A DNA stretch of 64,000 bases from assembly GCF_004010195.1 (NCBI RefSeq), contig NC_057718.1:37809592-37873591 (forward strand). The letters are read 5' to 3'. The translations under genes and the position numbers were made by a program. Shown piece by piece: positions 13,521 to 26,663 of this stretch. Origin of the DNA: Chiloscyllium plagiosum (Eukaryota). The notes below the pieces were generated by a model that was not told the DNA's origin, made no database searches, and saw only the letters and a program-made list of their open reading frames with translations. Positions within the stretch are counted from its first letter, which is position 1, and every line of letters starts with the position of its first letter.

Positions 13521-14033
13521 TGTTTAGCTCCTGTTGATTTAAAAAGTGCCAATTATTTCCTTGACATGCTACTCCTTTGAATTACAATTGATTTGGATTT
13601 TGAATTTTATCCTAATTTCTGAATTTTCTACAATTTTTATCTTCAATCTACATTTAACAAATAATGTTTTCGTATACATTGTCTGCCCTTTTTTTTATCT
13701 CAGTATTATTGAAAAATGTAGCCAATTTGAGATTTCATGCAGACTTTGCAACTGAAATACTAATTCATGCTTTCTCTATTCAAATGCTTAATCATTTATT
13801 GTCTACTTCAGGCAATATGCATATTTTGCAAGTTTACAGCACTATCATTTATTTTACCCATATTTCTAGGTGCCTCATTACAACACTTTTACAGTATATT
13901 CATTATACAAGTACACCCTGTGTATAAAAACACAACAAAAAACAATGAAACACAAAAAAAAATGAAAATAAAAGGCGGTGGGTCTTGTTGCAATTTCCAT
14001 CCATACAATTACACTGAAATTTCCCTTACTCAC

Positions 14034-14241
14034 CCACACATGTAGTTTTGCTATGGATCCCTGTATTGCTCAATAAGTTGGGTATATGGGGCTGTTGTAT
14101 GCCATCATTAGAAACAGAACTTGGCAGAGTCTGACTACCAAAGGGAGAAGCTGAAACTTGACTGGAGAGCTGCCCCAAGCTAGCCAAGGAGTGACTAGTG
14201 ACTGATTGGTGTTTACTTGTCGCCATCATTTTCTTTGGAGC
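14034..14241 (-). CDS. BICRAL: BICRAL coding exon 5 (APKKMMATSKHQ...HIPNLLSNTGIHSKTTCV)
   Basis: attgcag|GCT CCA AAG AAA...TGT GTG G|gtgagt. 208 nt, phase 0 in, phase 1 out; A.KK start and IP.LLS.T resemble BICRAL. Confidence 0.88.
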
Positions 14242-15199
14242 CTGCAATCATGTCGATGTATGAATAAAATCAGACACTGAATACATAGAAGCATTCTGTT
14301 AAGCAGTTCATACAAACGCACAACTTTGGAAAATAAATCAGCATACTAATTAATACATTTACAATTCTGATATATTAATTCATACATAAGCATTTTAGTA
14401 AATGTCTAAAACAAATTCTGGAACAGTCACAAAAAGATTTTTTAATCTAATCATGGTAATTATTTTGTTCTTGCTCCCACTCAACTTAAAAGAATAATAA
14501 ATTTCAGTACATTAAAGCATAAACATACTCCAGAGAAATATTAACTTTTAAGTTTAAAAAGTCAAATCTGCTTTTGATATTTTCAAAATACTGTTTGAAA
14601 ATTAATAATAGCACCACAATATATTTATAAAATTCAATAATGCCCTGAAACAGCCACAGAAATTATAATGCGGAACTAACTTGTCTGGTGCTTTCAATGT
14701 ACAATGCACATCAATTTAATGCTGCCCATTCATTACTAGAGTTATAGTCTACAACACTAACTAGTAAGCCTCAGCAAGGATACAAAAATTGTAAGAGGCT
14801 AACGTGAGTTGAAGTTCCAATCTTCACAGATAGGAGAGGTATTGTGGCTGGAGGAGGTACTGGATTTCATTCTACAAGTAATTCTGACTGAGAAGAAGAT
14901 GGTGTGTCATTCCACATTTTCAAACTTTGGCACTGAAGCCTTAGGGTTGAGGAGAAATATGCAGCATCCATAGGAATTGACAAGGTCAAAACCAAAGGAC
15001 TAGGATGCAGCACTGAAAAAAGTTCAATGAACTCAAACAAATGGTCAAGGTCAGTGAATACAGCTTCAAATAGCATATCTCATCAACTACACCAGACGTA
15101 GAGGTTGCTGCTTGGTAACTACTAGGATATGGAGCATTAAATAATATCCAATCATGATTCTGAGCTAAGATTCACCTGACCTTCACATGTTTAGTAAGG

Positions 15200-15320
15200 T
15201 TGAATTGAATTAGGTTTATTGTTACATGTACTCAGTTCAGTGAAAAGTTTACAAGTCGCCACTTACAGCACCATCTTAGGTACAAAGGTACCTAGGTTCA
15301 AAATCTCAGGTACAAAGCAG
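15200..15320 (-). repeat. Dispersed short repeat with (TTCAA)n tail; second copy at 23628-23765
   Basis: TTGAATTGAATTAG.TTTA.TGT.ACATGTACTCA...CAGTGAAAAGTTTACAAGTC.CCA.TTA..GCACCA.CTTAGGTAC..AG.TACCTAGGT is shared by both loci; likely a retroposon 3' end. Confidence 0.75.
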
Positions 15321-15429
15321 AAAAAGAAAGAAACGAAGTTAAAAAAATTTAAACATTACAGCCCTTCTTACAAAAAAGGAGAATAAAACAAAGAAACATG
15401 GTCAAAAATCTCACAGTCATATCACGCAG

Positions 15430-15965
15430 CTTTAACACATTAGTTAGGCCACTTTTGGAATATTATGTGCTAATCTGGTCTTTCTTCTATAGGAAGAATG
15501 TTGTGAAACTTTAAAGGATTCAGAAAAGATTTACAAGGACGTTGCCAGGGTGGAGAGTTTGAGCTATAGGGAGAGACTGAATCGGCTGGAGCTGTTTTCC
15601 CTGGAGCGTCACAGACTGAGGGGTGACCTTGTAGAGGCTTATAAAATCATGAGGGGCATGGTTACATTAAATAGACAAGGCTTTTTTCCCTACAGTGGGG
15701 GAATCTAAAGGGCATAGGTTTATAGTGAGAGGGTAAACATTTAAAAGGGACCTAAGGGACAGAAGGTGGTACGTGTATGGAATGAGCTGCCAGAGGAAGT
15801 GGTGGAGGCTGGTACAAACAACATTTTAAAGGCATCTGGATAAGTATAGGAATAGGAAGTGTTTAAAGGGATGTAGGCCAAGTGCTAGCAAATGGGACTA
15901 GATTAATTTAGGATATCTGAGTTGGACCAAAGGGTCTGTTTCCTTGCTGTACATCTCTATGACTA
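15430..15965 (+). mobile_element. CR1 LINE 3' fragment (same family as 1715-2490)
   Basis: Colinear high similarity to 1925-2485 including the tail. Confidence 0.9.
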
Positions 15966-17486
15966 TTCAACTACAGCTACTTCAACTCAGCATACTGTAT
16001 TTCCTGACAGAGCAAAGGTTCTCCAGCTTTGAAGACCTCAGCTAGAATATCATTGTGGCCACAGGCTTTTTTTTTTACTATGTCTAAATGCATTTTGCAG
16101 ATCTTCCATTAATGCTGGTTCACCCACGGAATCCAACACAGGGTACTAAGGGATAGCCTGGACAGCATTAGCTGCTACTGTGGAATAATGATTCGTTATG
16201 AACTCTTCTTCCCTTCCACTTTCAAAGTGTCTTGCTCGGTGTCTCTCTGTTCATTCTCCAAGTCATTGCATTATTCCAATGATAGTGCCTAACACTACAC
16301 CTATATTTGGGATTTATGATTTCTGAAGAAGCCTTACAAGTCAGGGCCAATTTCTTCAGCACCCATCACATTACTTCCTATATTACTTCACAGCTTAATA
16401 AATCTTAGGAGCCAAATTACAAAACAGAACCTTCAAGCTGAAACTCTCTGGATTACTATCTGAGCCACGGGCGAACTGGCATAGGGTAAATTAAGTTAAA
16501 TGCATGGCTTAAAGATTGATGTAGGTGGAATGAGTTTCAGTTTGTGTGGCACTGGCACCAATAGTAGTGTAGAAAGGGGTTGTTCCAGTGAGATGAGTTT
16601 CACTTGAACTGTGCTGGGGCCATTGTCCTGGTGAATTGAATAACTAGGACTGTACAGAGAGTTTGCACTAATTAGAGGAGGAAGGGTTTGAGAGAGAGGG
16701 AATGTAGCCTTACAAAATAAGAGGATGTGGCAGCATTACAGGGCAGCTATTTTGACAATGACACTCAGAATTGTACAGGAAGGAATAGAGTGTATAAACA
16801 TACAAAACGAGCAATAAATAGGGTCAAAAAGGGAAAACAAAATGTAAAAAGACAAAAATAATTTCTCTTTATTTGAATGCTCATAGAATTTGGAGCAAAA
16901 TGAATTAATTAATGGCACAAGCACAGATTAATGGATATGCTCTTTTAACCATGACACAGATATGTTTACAAAGAGATCATAGCCAGGAATTACATATTTG
17001 GGGATATGTGACTTTTGAAAAGAACAAATAGGAAGGAAAAGATAGCAGGGTAGAATTGTTGGTATGAGATCAAATAAGTACAATAGCTTGACGTGATCTT
17101 GGATCAAAAGATGTACAATCCATTTGAGTGATGGTAAGAAGTTAAAATGGGAAGACACAGTTGTGAGTAATACACAGCTCCCGTAACAGTAGCTTTTCAG
17201 TGGGACAGAGAATAAATTAGGAGATGATGAGTGCATATAACAAAGGCAGTTAATCATGGGAGACTTTAACTTTCATGTAGCTGGGATAGATTGAGAGAGG
17301 AAGACATGTGAAAGAATTCACAGAGTGCATATGGAACAGTTTCCAAGAAAAATATCTTGCAGATCCAACCAGAGATCAGGCTATTTTGAATCTGGTAAAG
17401 GGACTCAGCAGCAAAAGTACTTGAAGAATAATGGTAGATGTTTAAGAAAATAATTAATGGTTCATAGCAAAGAAGGATTCTAAGAA

Positions 17487-17730
17487 GGCACGATTGCTCA
17501 GTGGTTTGCCCTGCTGCCAAATAGTGCCAAGGACCCAGGTTCAATTCTAACCTTAGGTGATTATCTGCATGGACTTTGCACATTCTCCCCATGTCTTTGT
17601 AGGTTTCCTCCATAAGCTCTGATTTCCTCCCACAATCCAAAAATGTGAAGTTAGATGGATTGGACAAGCTAAATTGCCCATAGTGTTCAGGGATGTGTAG
17701 ATGAGGTGCATTAGTCAGGGGCAAATGTAG
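17487..17730 (+). mobile_element. HE1/V-SINE-type SINE, 3' truncated
   Basis: Colinear with the first ~230 nt of 465-796. Confidence 0.85.
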
Positions 17731-17997
17731 AGGAAATGTACAATGGAAACCAAAGGAACTAAAAGCCAGTAAGTCCCCTGGAATCTGATGGGATGCATCC
17801 CAGCATTAAAGGAAGTGAGTGTAGAGATAGTGGATGCACCGATAGTAATCTTCCAAGAATCCTTAGAGTCTGAAAAGTTTTAAAGGAGTGGAAAACTGCC
17901 AATGTAACAATTTTATTCAATAAGGGAAGGAAATAAATAACAGGAACTGTAGGCTAGTTAAGTTAACAACTGATATTGGGAAGGGATTTGCACAGCA

Positions 17998-18224
17998 CAG
18001 GTCATTCTGCTATAACACATGTTTCGTTCGTGTGAATTGGCTTTATTGCGATTGACAAATTGTGGACATTGTTTGGATAACGCAAACTTTGTACTGAATG
18101 GGTATAGCAATTTTCTATTAGAGATCTTCTATAACTTAATATTTAATAGGGTTTCCATAGTGGGATTTTCTACAGCATGATGTTGCGGAGAAAGACAACT
18201 GTCATGTTATAGCATAACAACCTG
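17998..18224. mobile_element. Tigger/pogo-like MITE
   Basis: Imperfect TIRs CAGGTCATTCTGCTATAAC...GTTATAGCATAACAACCTG; interrupts the CR1 RT region. Confidence 0.7.
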
Positions 18225-19835
18225 CATTTAGAAATACATGATATGATCAAGTAGAAAGTCAGCAAGATTTCATGGAAGGGAAATCATGTCTGACCAATTT
18301 ACTAGAATTCTTTAAGGAAGTAAGAAGCTGGATAGATAAAGAGGAAGCAGTAGATATAATATATTTAGATTTTCAGAAGGTATTTGTCAAAAGACCATTA
18401 GGCTACTCAATAAGGGCCTCCAGGCATAGGATGTAATGTATGAACATGGATAGAGGATTGACTAACCAACAGAAGTCAGCGAGTTAGCGTAATGGGGGCA
18501 TTTTCAGGAATGACAATCTACAATTAACACAGTGCCAGAGATCAGTTCTGGGACCAAAAATATTTAGAATATATATTAACAACTTGGAAGAAGCAATGTA
18601 CTATAGCCAAGTTTGCAGATGACACAAAAATAAATGGGAAAGCAAGTGGTGAGGATGACGCAGAGTCTGCAGAGGAAGACAGACAGGTTAAGTGAGTGGG
18701 CAAATACGTGGCAGATGGAATATGGGAAAATGTGAGGTTATGCGCGTTGGCAGAAAGAATAGAGGAGCTGAACATTATTTAAGTGGAGAAGGCTATGGAA
18801 CAAAGGAAATTGGAGTTCTCAGGAATGAATCACAAAAAGCTAGCATAGAAATTCAGCAGGAGGATGGAAGGCAAATAGAATATTGGTCTTTGTTTCAAAG
18901 AAAATGGAGTATAAAAGTAGGGAGGTTTTGCTAAAACAATACAAAACACAAGGCAGACCATTGCTGGAATATGAAGAACATTTTTGGGCTCCTTGTCTAA
19001 GGAAAGATATACTGTCTTTGGAGGCAGTGCAGAGAAGGTTCACGAGGCTGATGCCAGAATGGAGGGACTGTCTTAGGTTGAGTAAGTTGGGTCTGTGCTC
19101 ATTGAAGAATGAGCGGTGACTTCATTGAAACATAAAAGATTCTTAGGGGACTTGACAGGGCAGAAGAGAGTTATTTCCTGTTGTCGAAAAGTCTAGAACC
19201 ATAGGACATTATCTCAGAATAAGGAATCGCACATTTAAACAGAAATAAGAAGCAATTTCTTCAGTAAATCTGCAGAATATTTTTGCAGAAAGCTGTCAAA
19301 GATGGATTATGAAGTATATTCAAGGTCAAGATAGATACATTTTTAATTAAGGGAATTAATGTTATCGGGAATAGGCAGGAAAATACAGCTGAGGATTATT
19401 TGAGAAAACATGGTCTAATTGAATGGCGGAGCAGAGTCCATGAGATGAACGGCCGACTTCTGCTTCCTACATCTTATGGTCTTATTAAATGTTTCAAATA
19501 AGCTGTGTTTGCAACAACACACAATAATTATCACATAGTCTAACAGGTAAACATTTCACAAACTCTATCAATCAGTCATCTGATAGAACGCTCATTTTTA
19601 AAGACAAATAATTTAATAAAGCACTACATAGCTTTTGGGATCTTTAAAAGAAAATTAAAAGATGCATGCGTGCATGTGGAATTTTGCACCAATAAAGTCA
19701 GCATATTATTGCACCTACATTGCAATGCTGTACTATGAGAATAGCTCAGGCAGTGATGAAAAAGATGCTTCCATAGTACAGTATTTTATTTCTTTAAAGA
19801 TTTATCATTCACAAATTCAGTAATTCATCACTTAC

Positions 19836-21824
19836 CTGGGAGTACAGAAATTGCTGTTGATTGCTGGTTTGTGTTATTGGCATGTCCGTCCGGCTGAAAA
19901 CAACCTGTCGCGAGGGCTGCATTGCACCTGCATTTTGGTGATAAGGATTGGAAATCCGGTAAATTTGATTCATTCCCAACTGTTGCTGACACTGTGGTTG
20001 CTGTTGGGCAGACTGTACTGTCACAAGAGATTGCTCTCCCTGACAAACCATTACAATATTACCACTGGAACACGCTTGTGTGACATTTTCACCACCACTG
20101 CTTGCTGACATTACAGGCTGTACTGTAGACACGTAGCTGGAGCACAGAGAACTAGGTGTATTTGAAACAGCAAGTTGGTTTTGCATTGACCGTCCTCGGA
20201 CTGCATTCTGCCCAGATTGCTTAAATATTCCTGTATTAATGCTTGAACCACCAGCAGTGGGTTGTACACTTTGAGTGGTTGGAAGATTAAATACCATCTG
20301 TGAAGCCTGGTGGAGTGGAACCTGCCCAGTAACTAGCTGCGATGAGCCATGGTTTGTTAGCAGCTGCCCTCCTGAAGCATTAATAACTTGTTCCATGCCA
20401 CTTTGACTAGAAACCAACTGTCCTGCAGAGTTCTGATTATTCAAGAACTGTCCTGAAAAAGACTGGGTAGTCAACATTGTACCTGAAGAATTACGATTTG
20501 TTAAAACACATTCAGAAGCTACTTGGTTGGAGACCAATTGGGTTGGTACAGTTCGATTTTGAAGAATCTGTCCATTTGCAGTCTGAAGGTGTTGAACAGT
20601 TGAATTCATATTTAATGCTAGGCTGGTAGGAATGAAAAACTGGTTCTGGGATACAAGAGGCTCATGCTGCCCAATGGGAGGATGAATTATGATGTTTCCT
20701 GTTTGATTTAAAACTTGTGGTCTAGCAGACTTTCTAGTCACCTGGTGCTTTGCAATATTGACACCCAGTGCTGGGCCCACTGATGAACTCTGAGAAGAGT
20801 TTGTGGAGCAAAAAGGAAGGCCATGTTGTATTTGCTGTTGTTGTAATGCAACTTCATTTTGGAGTTTGAATGCTGTCTGCAATTCCAGGTTGTTGACATT
20901 GTAAACTGTTTGTTGTTGGTTCATTTGAGCGGGCTTAGGTTGAATGCTAAGTGAAATTTTCGGCTGACTTGGTACAGGGCCTCGCTGAATGATAATATTA
21001 TGCAAAGGCAGTGCTGTTTGAATGTTATTACCACTAAAGTGAACAGACATATGTTGTGGTACCTGGCCAATATTAGATGTTCCATAGTAAGTGTTTCCAT
21101 TAAGTGCTGTCACACGTCTCTGAAGCAACAACCCACCGGTTTCATTTAAACCAGATGTACTCAAAGACATTTGTTGCTGGTTAGGAAGAGATGACATATT
21201 GTAGCCACCTAGAGACCCAGGGTTTAGAGTTGGTGGTTGTCCACTGCTCTTCGAGATAAACTGAGACCCTTCAAGGTGATTAAGAGTCATTACAGGCTGC
21301 TGAGTATCCAATGAACTAATCAGCTGGATTGGTCCAATACCACCAGCTTGGTTGCTGCTGGGTACATGCTGAATTGCAACACTGTTGATGCCCATTTGTT
21401 GAAAAAATCCAGGCTGTACATTAGCTTCATTATTTACAAAGGGAGTTCGTAAAACTTGCTGCAAAATGGGAGCCGGTGTTACATTCATCTGCTGCTGTGT
21501 CAGGCCTCTTACTGTTGAAGTGCCAGAAGGTAATTGTGAAACCTGAGAAAAGGATGCAGCATGATGTGGAGTTTGAGAAAAGTCCTGGGTGGAAGTAATG
21601 CCAGCTGCCAAATCTGCTTCCTCCTGCAAGGTTTGTTGAGTGATATTAGCCTCCTGAAGAGACTTCTGCAGAATATCAAAAGGCTGGTCCCCATTTAAGT
21701 TCGAGAGAGGTGAAGAGGCATCCAGTTCCTCCAAAACATTAAGACTACTTGCTAATTGCAGTCTTGAGGATTCTTCTCCAATATGGTTATGTGTATCTTT
21801 AGTGGAAGAGGTAGGGTCAGCACT
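19836..21824 (-). CDS. BICRAL: BICRAL large coding exon 4 (663 codons, Q/S/N-rich low-complexity region)
   Basis: catctttcag|AGT GCT GAC...TCC CAG|gtaagt; 1989 nt open frame (ORF track 19809..21734). Contains DQPFDILQKSLQEANITQQTL, LPLHNIIIQRG, IQPKP, QVASE..L.NRNSS and NNQN.A.QLVS motifs characteristic of BICRAL. Confidence 0.97.
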
Positions 21825-22429
21825 CTGAAAGATGGAAGTTGGAACATACTGTAATCATATGTTTATCAAATTGATACAAACTTGTCTAAAACAAATAATT
21901 GCACAATTTTGTTTCTTTTGAAAAGTTAAATTTTGGACAGATTACAAACATATTAGAAATAGCAAGAAGCAACATTTAATAGGATAAGACTTTCCAAAGC
22001 TGTTGGCCCATCTGTGGCTGAGTGAATGGCAGTTGTTCATGGCCAGACATTTGCCCACATACTAAAGATGGTATCATGAACATAATTTGGACTGCAATGT
22101 GTTTGGGTAGACTGCACCTTCAAGCATACTTCAGAGACCCCTCTCCTGCTTCAGTGGAAGTCAGGATGGCTCTTACCCACTCCATCAGACTTCAAAGTCT
22201 GGGAAGAGAGGAATAACAGATTGATGTTGCTTTTGTTATATTCCTAAGGGAATACAATATCCTTAAAGGGAATCAATCCCATTCTTTGTCTGAGACAATT
22301 ATTGAATATTTATTAAGGTCTCACTGGAATTCATGCTGGTTGATAGCTAGTGATAATTCGGCACAGTCCAGAAACTTACCCACACTCCTAAAGTAGCCTT
22401 CATTCAACTGGAATTTGGGATGAACTAGA

Positions 22430-22600
22430 AAAATTGTGAAAACATGGATCCTTTTCAACGTCCAACATTTCAATATTGTGAATCTACCTAAACAGCAGTA
22501 GTTCAAGAGGCAGCTCACCACCACCTTCTCAAGGCCAAGTAGGAAGAGGCAATAAATACAGACCAGCCAGCATCACCTATATCCCACGTATGAATTAAAG
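22430..22600 (+). mobile_element. LINE (L2/CR1 group) 3' end
   Basis: CAGCAGTAGTTCAAGAGGCAGCTCACCACCACCTTCTCAAGG...GGCAATAAAT tail; related antisense pieces at 25420-25600, 26850-27010 and 50530-51010. Confidence 0.65.
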
Positions 22601-23888
22601 GACCTTCAAATACCTGCTCGCCAGTTGGAAATATTTCTGTCTATTCTTAAAAAAAACTTTAATTCCATACAATTTAAATAACACTGTCTGGGAATTCCAT
22701 TTGTAACTTGAAACATGCTCACAAGATTTGTGTTGCAGAGGTCACTAAGGTCCATAAAGACCAAGGAAGGTTTTTGGAGTTTAGGGGGGCTTCACTAGCT
22801 TCCAGATAGCTTCATGTATGCACAGTAAATTCAATACTGCTAAAATATTAAAGCCATCACAGTATGCTCATGGTAAATCTGATGAGGAGAACAAGAACAT
22901 ACTAACATCAATGAAACACCAGAGCCACACAAACACTTTTACTATTAGCAGATGTTCCATGTTGCATAAGGTAGACGATATGCTGTTTTCTAATCACCAT
23001 GTTTAAGACCACATTTCTGTTAAGGAAACTATACATGATGACAGATTTTAAGAAACCACCAGGCCATTCTTCTTTTTCAGAAAATGTTGGCAATAGGACC
23101 ACACAGAGTGTCCAAACGATCATATCTATGCTTCATACATCGTTTCAAGTGTGAGACAGATACTTCAATGTGACATTCGAGCATTAAAATATATTGCTTT
23201 TATATAAAGGTAGATCTCTTCTGTCATTCATAATTGAGGATACTGGGATGTGGAACTGGAGCAAGGCACGTACATCCATGGAGAAAACTGTAAATAGATT
23301 TTTTGAAGAAATTACCTCAGAAAACTGAAATAAATATTCTTTGAACAGCAAATAGATAAACAAATAAAGTAGTCCCACATATCAGAATTAAATAAACACA
23401 TATCTGCATGTAATTTGGAGTAGCAGTTCTTTGCTGATATTGCCCTTCTAATTAGGACCTGGTTTTTTATAGCAAATTCATGGAATTCATCAAGTTTAAA
23501 AGGTCCTTGTTTGCACTTCTTCTGCTTTAACAAATAGCTCTGGAATCAAATTAAATGTACTTCAATTAAATCTTCTGAGTAAGCATTTAAACTCAAGTGA
23601 GTCAATTGTAGGTCTCCCTCTACACATGAATTGAATTGAATTGAACTGAATTATAGTGAATTAGCTTTACTGTCACATGTACTCACCTGATTACAGTGAA
23701 AAGTTTACAAGTCACCATTTATGGCACCACCTTAGGTACCAAGATACCTAGGTACAGATTCTTGAGTAAATAATTATTAACAGTAATGCAGTATTCATAC
23801 ACAACATCAGAGGATGGATTGCAATTTCTATACAACTAACCAAGCATGGATTATTCATTCAAGAATGATTCAAAAACAACTACAAGGT

Positions 23889-24970
23889 TAGCAAGTTTTG
23901 AAAAGATTTATAACTCAGGTTGAAGTTCTGGATGTATGTTTGCTCGGTGAGCTGGAAGGTTCATTTCCAGACATTTCGTCACCATACTAGGTAACATTTT
24001 CAGTGAGCACCTGAATGAAGGACTGGTGGTGTAGCCCGCTTTCTATTTATATGTTTGGGTTTCCTTGGGTTGGTGATGTAATTTCCTGTGGTGACGTCAT
24101 TTCTCATGGTGATGCCACTTCCTTTTTTTTCCAGGAGAAACGAGACCCAAGTCAATGTGTCTGTTGATAGAGTTGCGGTTGGAATACCATGCTTCTAGGA
24201 ATTCTCGTCCATTGTCCCCGTTTGGCTTTCTCCAGACGGATGTGTTGTCCTTCCTCATCTATATGTAAGGATACGAGTGAGAGTGGGTCATATCATTTTG
24301 TGGCTAGTTGATGTTCATTGTATCCTGTTGGCTAGTTTCCTGTTTGTCCAATGCAGTGCTTGTTACAGTTCTTGCAAGGTATTTTGTAGATGACATTAGT
24401 TTTGCTTGTTGTCTGTATAAGGTCTTTTAAGTTCAATGGCTGCTGTTTTAGTGTGTTGATGGGTTTGTGGGCTACCATGATGCCAAGGGTCTGAGTAGTC
24501 TGGCAGTCATTTCCACCGATTTCTGAGGAACAAACCCAAACAAGCAGACAAAACATGTCCAGAAACCCTAGCCCCTCTCCCCTACACAAAAGGCATCTAG
24601 GAAATGACTGCCAGACTATTCAGACCCCTTGGCCTCACAAACTTTGAACATATCCATCCTAGGACAAGCCAAACAGAGACACGGACGAGAATTCCTAGAA
24701 GCATGGTATTCCAACCACAACTCTATCAACAGACACATTGACTTGGGTCCCATTTACCACACCCTGAGAAAAAGAACAGGAAATAACATCACCATAGGAA
24801 ATGATATCACCACAGGAAATGACATCACCAACCCAAGGAAACCCAAACATATAAATAGAAAGCGGGCTACACCACCAGTGCTTAATTTGGAGGCTCACTG
24901 AAGATGTTATCTAGAATGGTGATGAAACATCTGGAAATGAACATTCAAGCTCAGCGAGCGAACCTACATC
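23889..24970. mobile_element. Penelope-like element (Poseidon-like), fold-back structure with 14-bp TSD
   Basis: GIY-YIG motif KTNVIYKIPCKNCNKHCIGQTG on the minus strand; inverted arms 23931-24245 and 24640-24970; TSD AACAACTACAAGGT at 23875-23888 and 24971-24984. Confidence 0.92.
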
Positions 24971-26591
24971 AACAACTACAAGGTGCTTACAAATGCATGG
25001 TTAGATCTACAAATTATTCATTGGAATCTTTTTAGCATTCCTTTGTGAATTCAAGGTTTCGGCTTTTTATATGCGGACACCTCTGACAGAAAATTTTGTT
25101 ACAGGTGTTTCAAAAAAGTAAAAGTTGCTTTGTAATTTATGTATTTCTGTAATTTATTAATTTATGTTTTCAGTATTTCATAGGTTTTTAAGCTTATGGG
25201 AGGAAGCAAAAGCATGATAATATAGAATTGCAAACGTACTTGGGAAAATTTGGCTCTCCTACTCCTGATTGGCCACTATTGTTTCTTGAAACTATTATAT
25301 GGAGATATTCCTGCCTGCCTTGGTAAATGTTGATTGATAAATTTAATATTGGTTCTAATCTGATTTGTCAATGCTTGTTATGAATATAAAATTTAATTCA
25401 ATTAGGTATATAGTAGCTCTAATACTTCATGAGTTACATCTGTCAAAGTAACCATAATGAACTGCTGCAGTGCATCTTCTAGATTGTACATGTTGCAGAC
25501 TAAACATGCCAATGGATGCAATCCAAAATAATGCAATCTGACCTGGATGTTGTCAAGCTTCTTCAATACTGTTAAATCTGCACCCATCCAGAAAATTGTT
25601 TATTGGAGATCTCTGAAATTGAGCTCTGCCCACTGTGATTAGATTTGTACAGGTAAGGTAACGAACTTCTTGTTATAAGTATCAAACTATTTTTAAGTAT
25701 TTAAGCTGCTTCATCAACAAATAATCTGCTTTCTCTCCTTGGTCAAAATATTTTTGCCTAACCTAAAACAATATTAATTCTATTTGTTGTGTTAACACAA
25801 AATTGAAATTGCGTTTTTTTAAAATGGCAGCATAGAGGTTGATTAGCCATTGAGGGAACGGCTGCACGACAGTAGGGGCCACCTTTTGAATAAAACATTA
25901 AAATGAAACTCTAGCTACCCTCTCTGATAGAAACTAATAGAACCATGCAATGGTTCATTATGGACTCTTTAGATCAGCAATATTTCCTGTAAGTATTATC
26001 AATTATCATCTCTAGCCTTGGTACAGTAGTGAGGTTGGACAATGATTTATTCAATTTTCACGAAGAAAACTTGAGGAGATTGCATCAAGCTCTGAGAACA
26101 CTATGGGATTAACATCTGTATTTATTAATTGTGATTCCCATGTCATAGGATAACATCATTCATGGTAAACAAATTATAGAGTGTTTCCCACACCTGACAT
26201 TCACCTTAAATGTCTCATGGTGCTGTGATAGCATCCCTATCACTGAGGCAGAAGGTCCAGACTGAAGTCCCAACTGCCATGAAGTTATATAATCACATAT
26301 CCAGACAGATTTTAAAAAGTAACTATATATCTATTAAGTGCCATTAACATGGAAAAATATTCTGAAGTGATTCAGAGGGTCATAATCAAGACAAAAAAGG
26401 TAAGCTATAGATGGGTAAAGGGTTGGTCAATGAAGTGAGCTGTCCAAAACAATATAGAAAATAATAGAAAACTGAAAATGAAAAGGTGTTTCATTAGAAC
26501 AAATGCAACATATCACATTTAGAATAATCTTATCATGATTATAATCCATATATATATATTGTAAAGAATTTTTTTCAATCTCAGTACTTAC

Positions 26592-26663
26592 AATGGCATC
26601 AGCAAAAAGTGAATTGGAGTTGTCAATAGTGCAGGCTGAACCAAGCAAATCATCCTCATCTAT
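26592..26663 (-). CDS. BICRAL: BICRAL coding exon 3 (IDEDDLLGSACTIDNSNSLFADAI)
   Basis: ttttcacag|ATA GAT GAG...GCC ATT|gtaagt. 72 nt, phase 0/0; resembles the DDL...NSNS.FA segment of BICRAL. Confidence 0.9.

Larger units (their letters stand above)
14850..16250 (-). mobile_element. Highly decayed RTE-clade LINE, interrupted by younger insertions
   Basis: Minus strand KKACGHNDILAEVFKAG (16020-16075) and QQPL...AVFTDL (15040-15115) resemble RT-domain motifs of RTE elements. Confidence 0.5.
16950..19485 (+). mobile_element. Old CR1 LINE (decayed ORF2) with nested SINE and MITE
   Basis: IMGDFN, GKSCLTNLLEFF, KFADDTK and RPLLEY...WAP.LRKDI..LEAVQRRFTRL motifs in order; tail TCTTATGGTCTTAT. Confidence 0.88.

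Noticed and set aside
19828..20108. Alternative-frame and antisense ORFs overlapping the large exon
   Set aside because: Short, no recognisable motifs, expected as shadows of a long coding exon.
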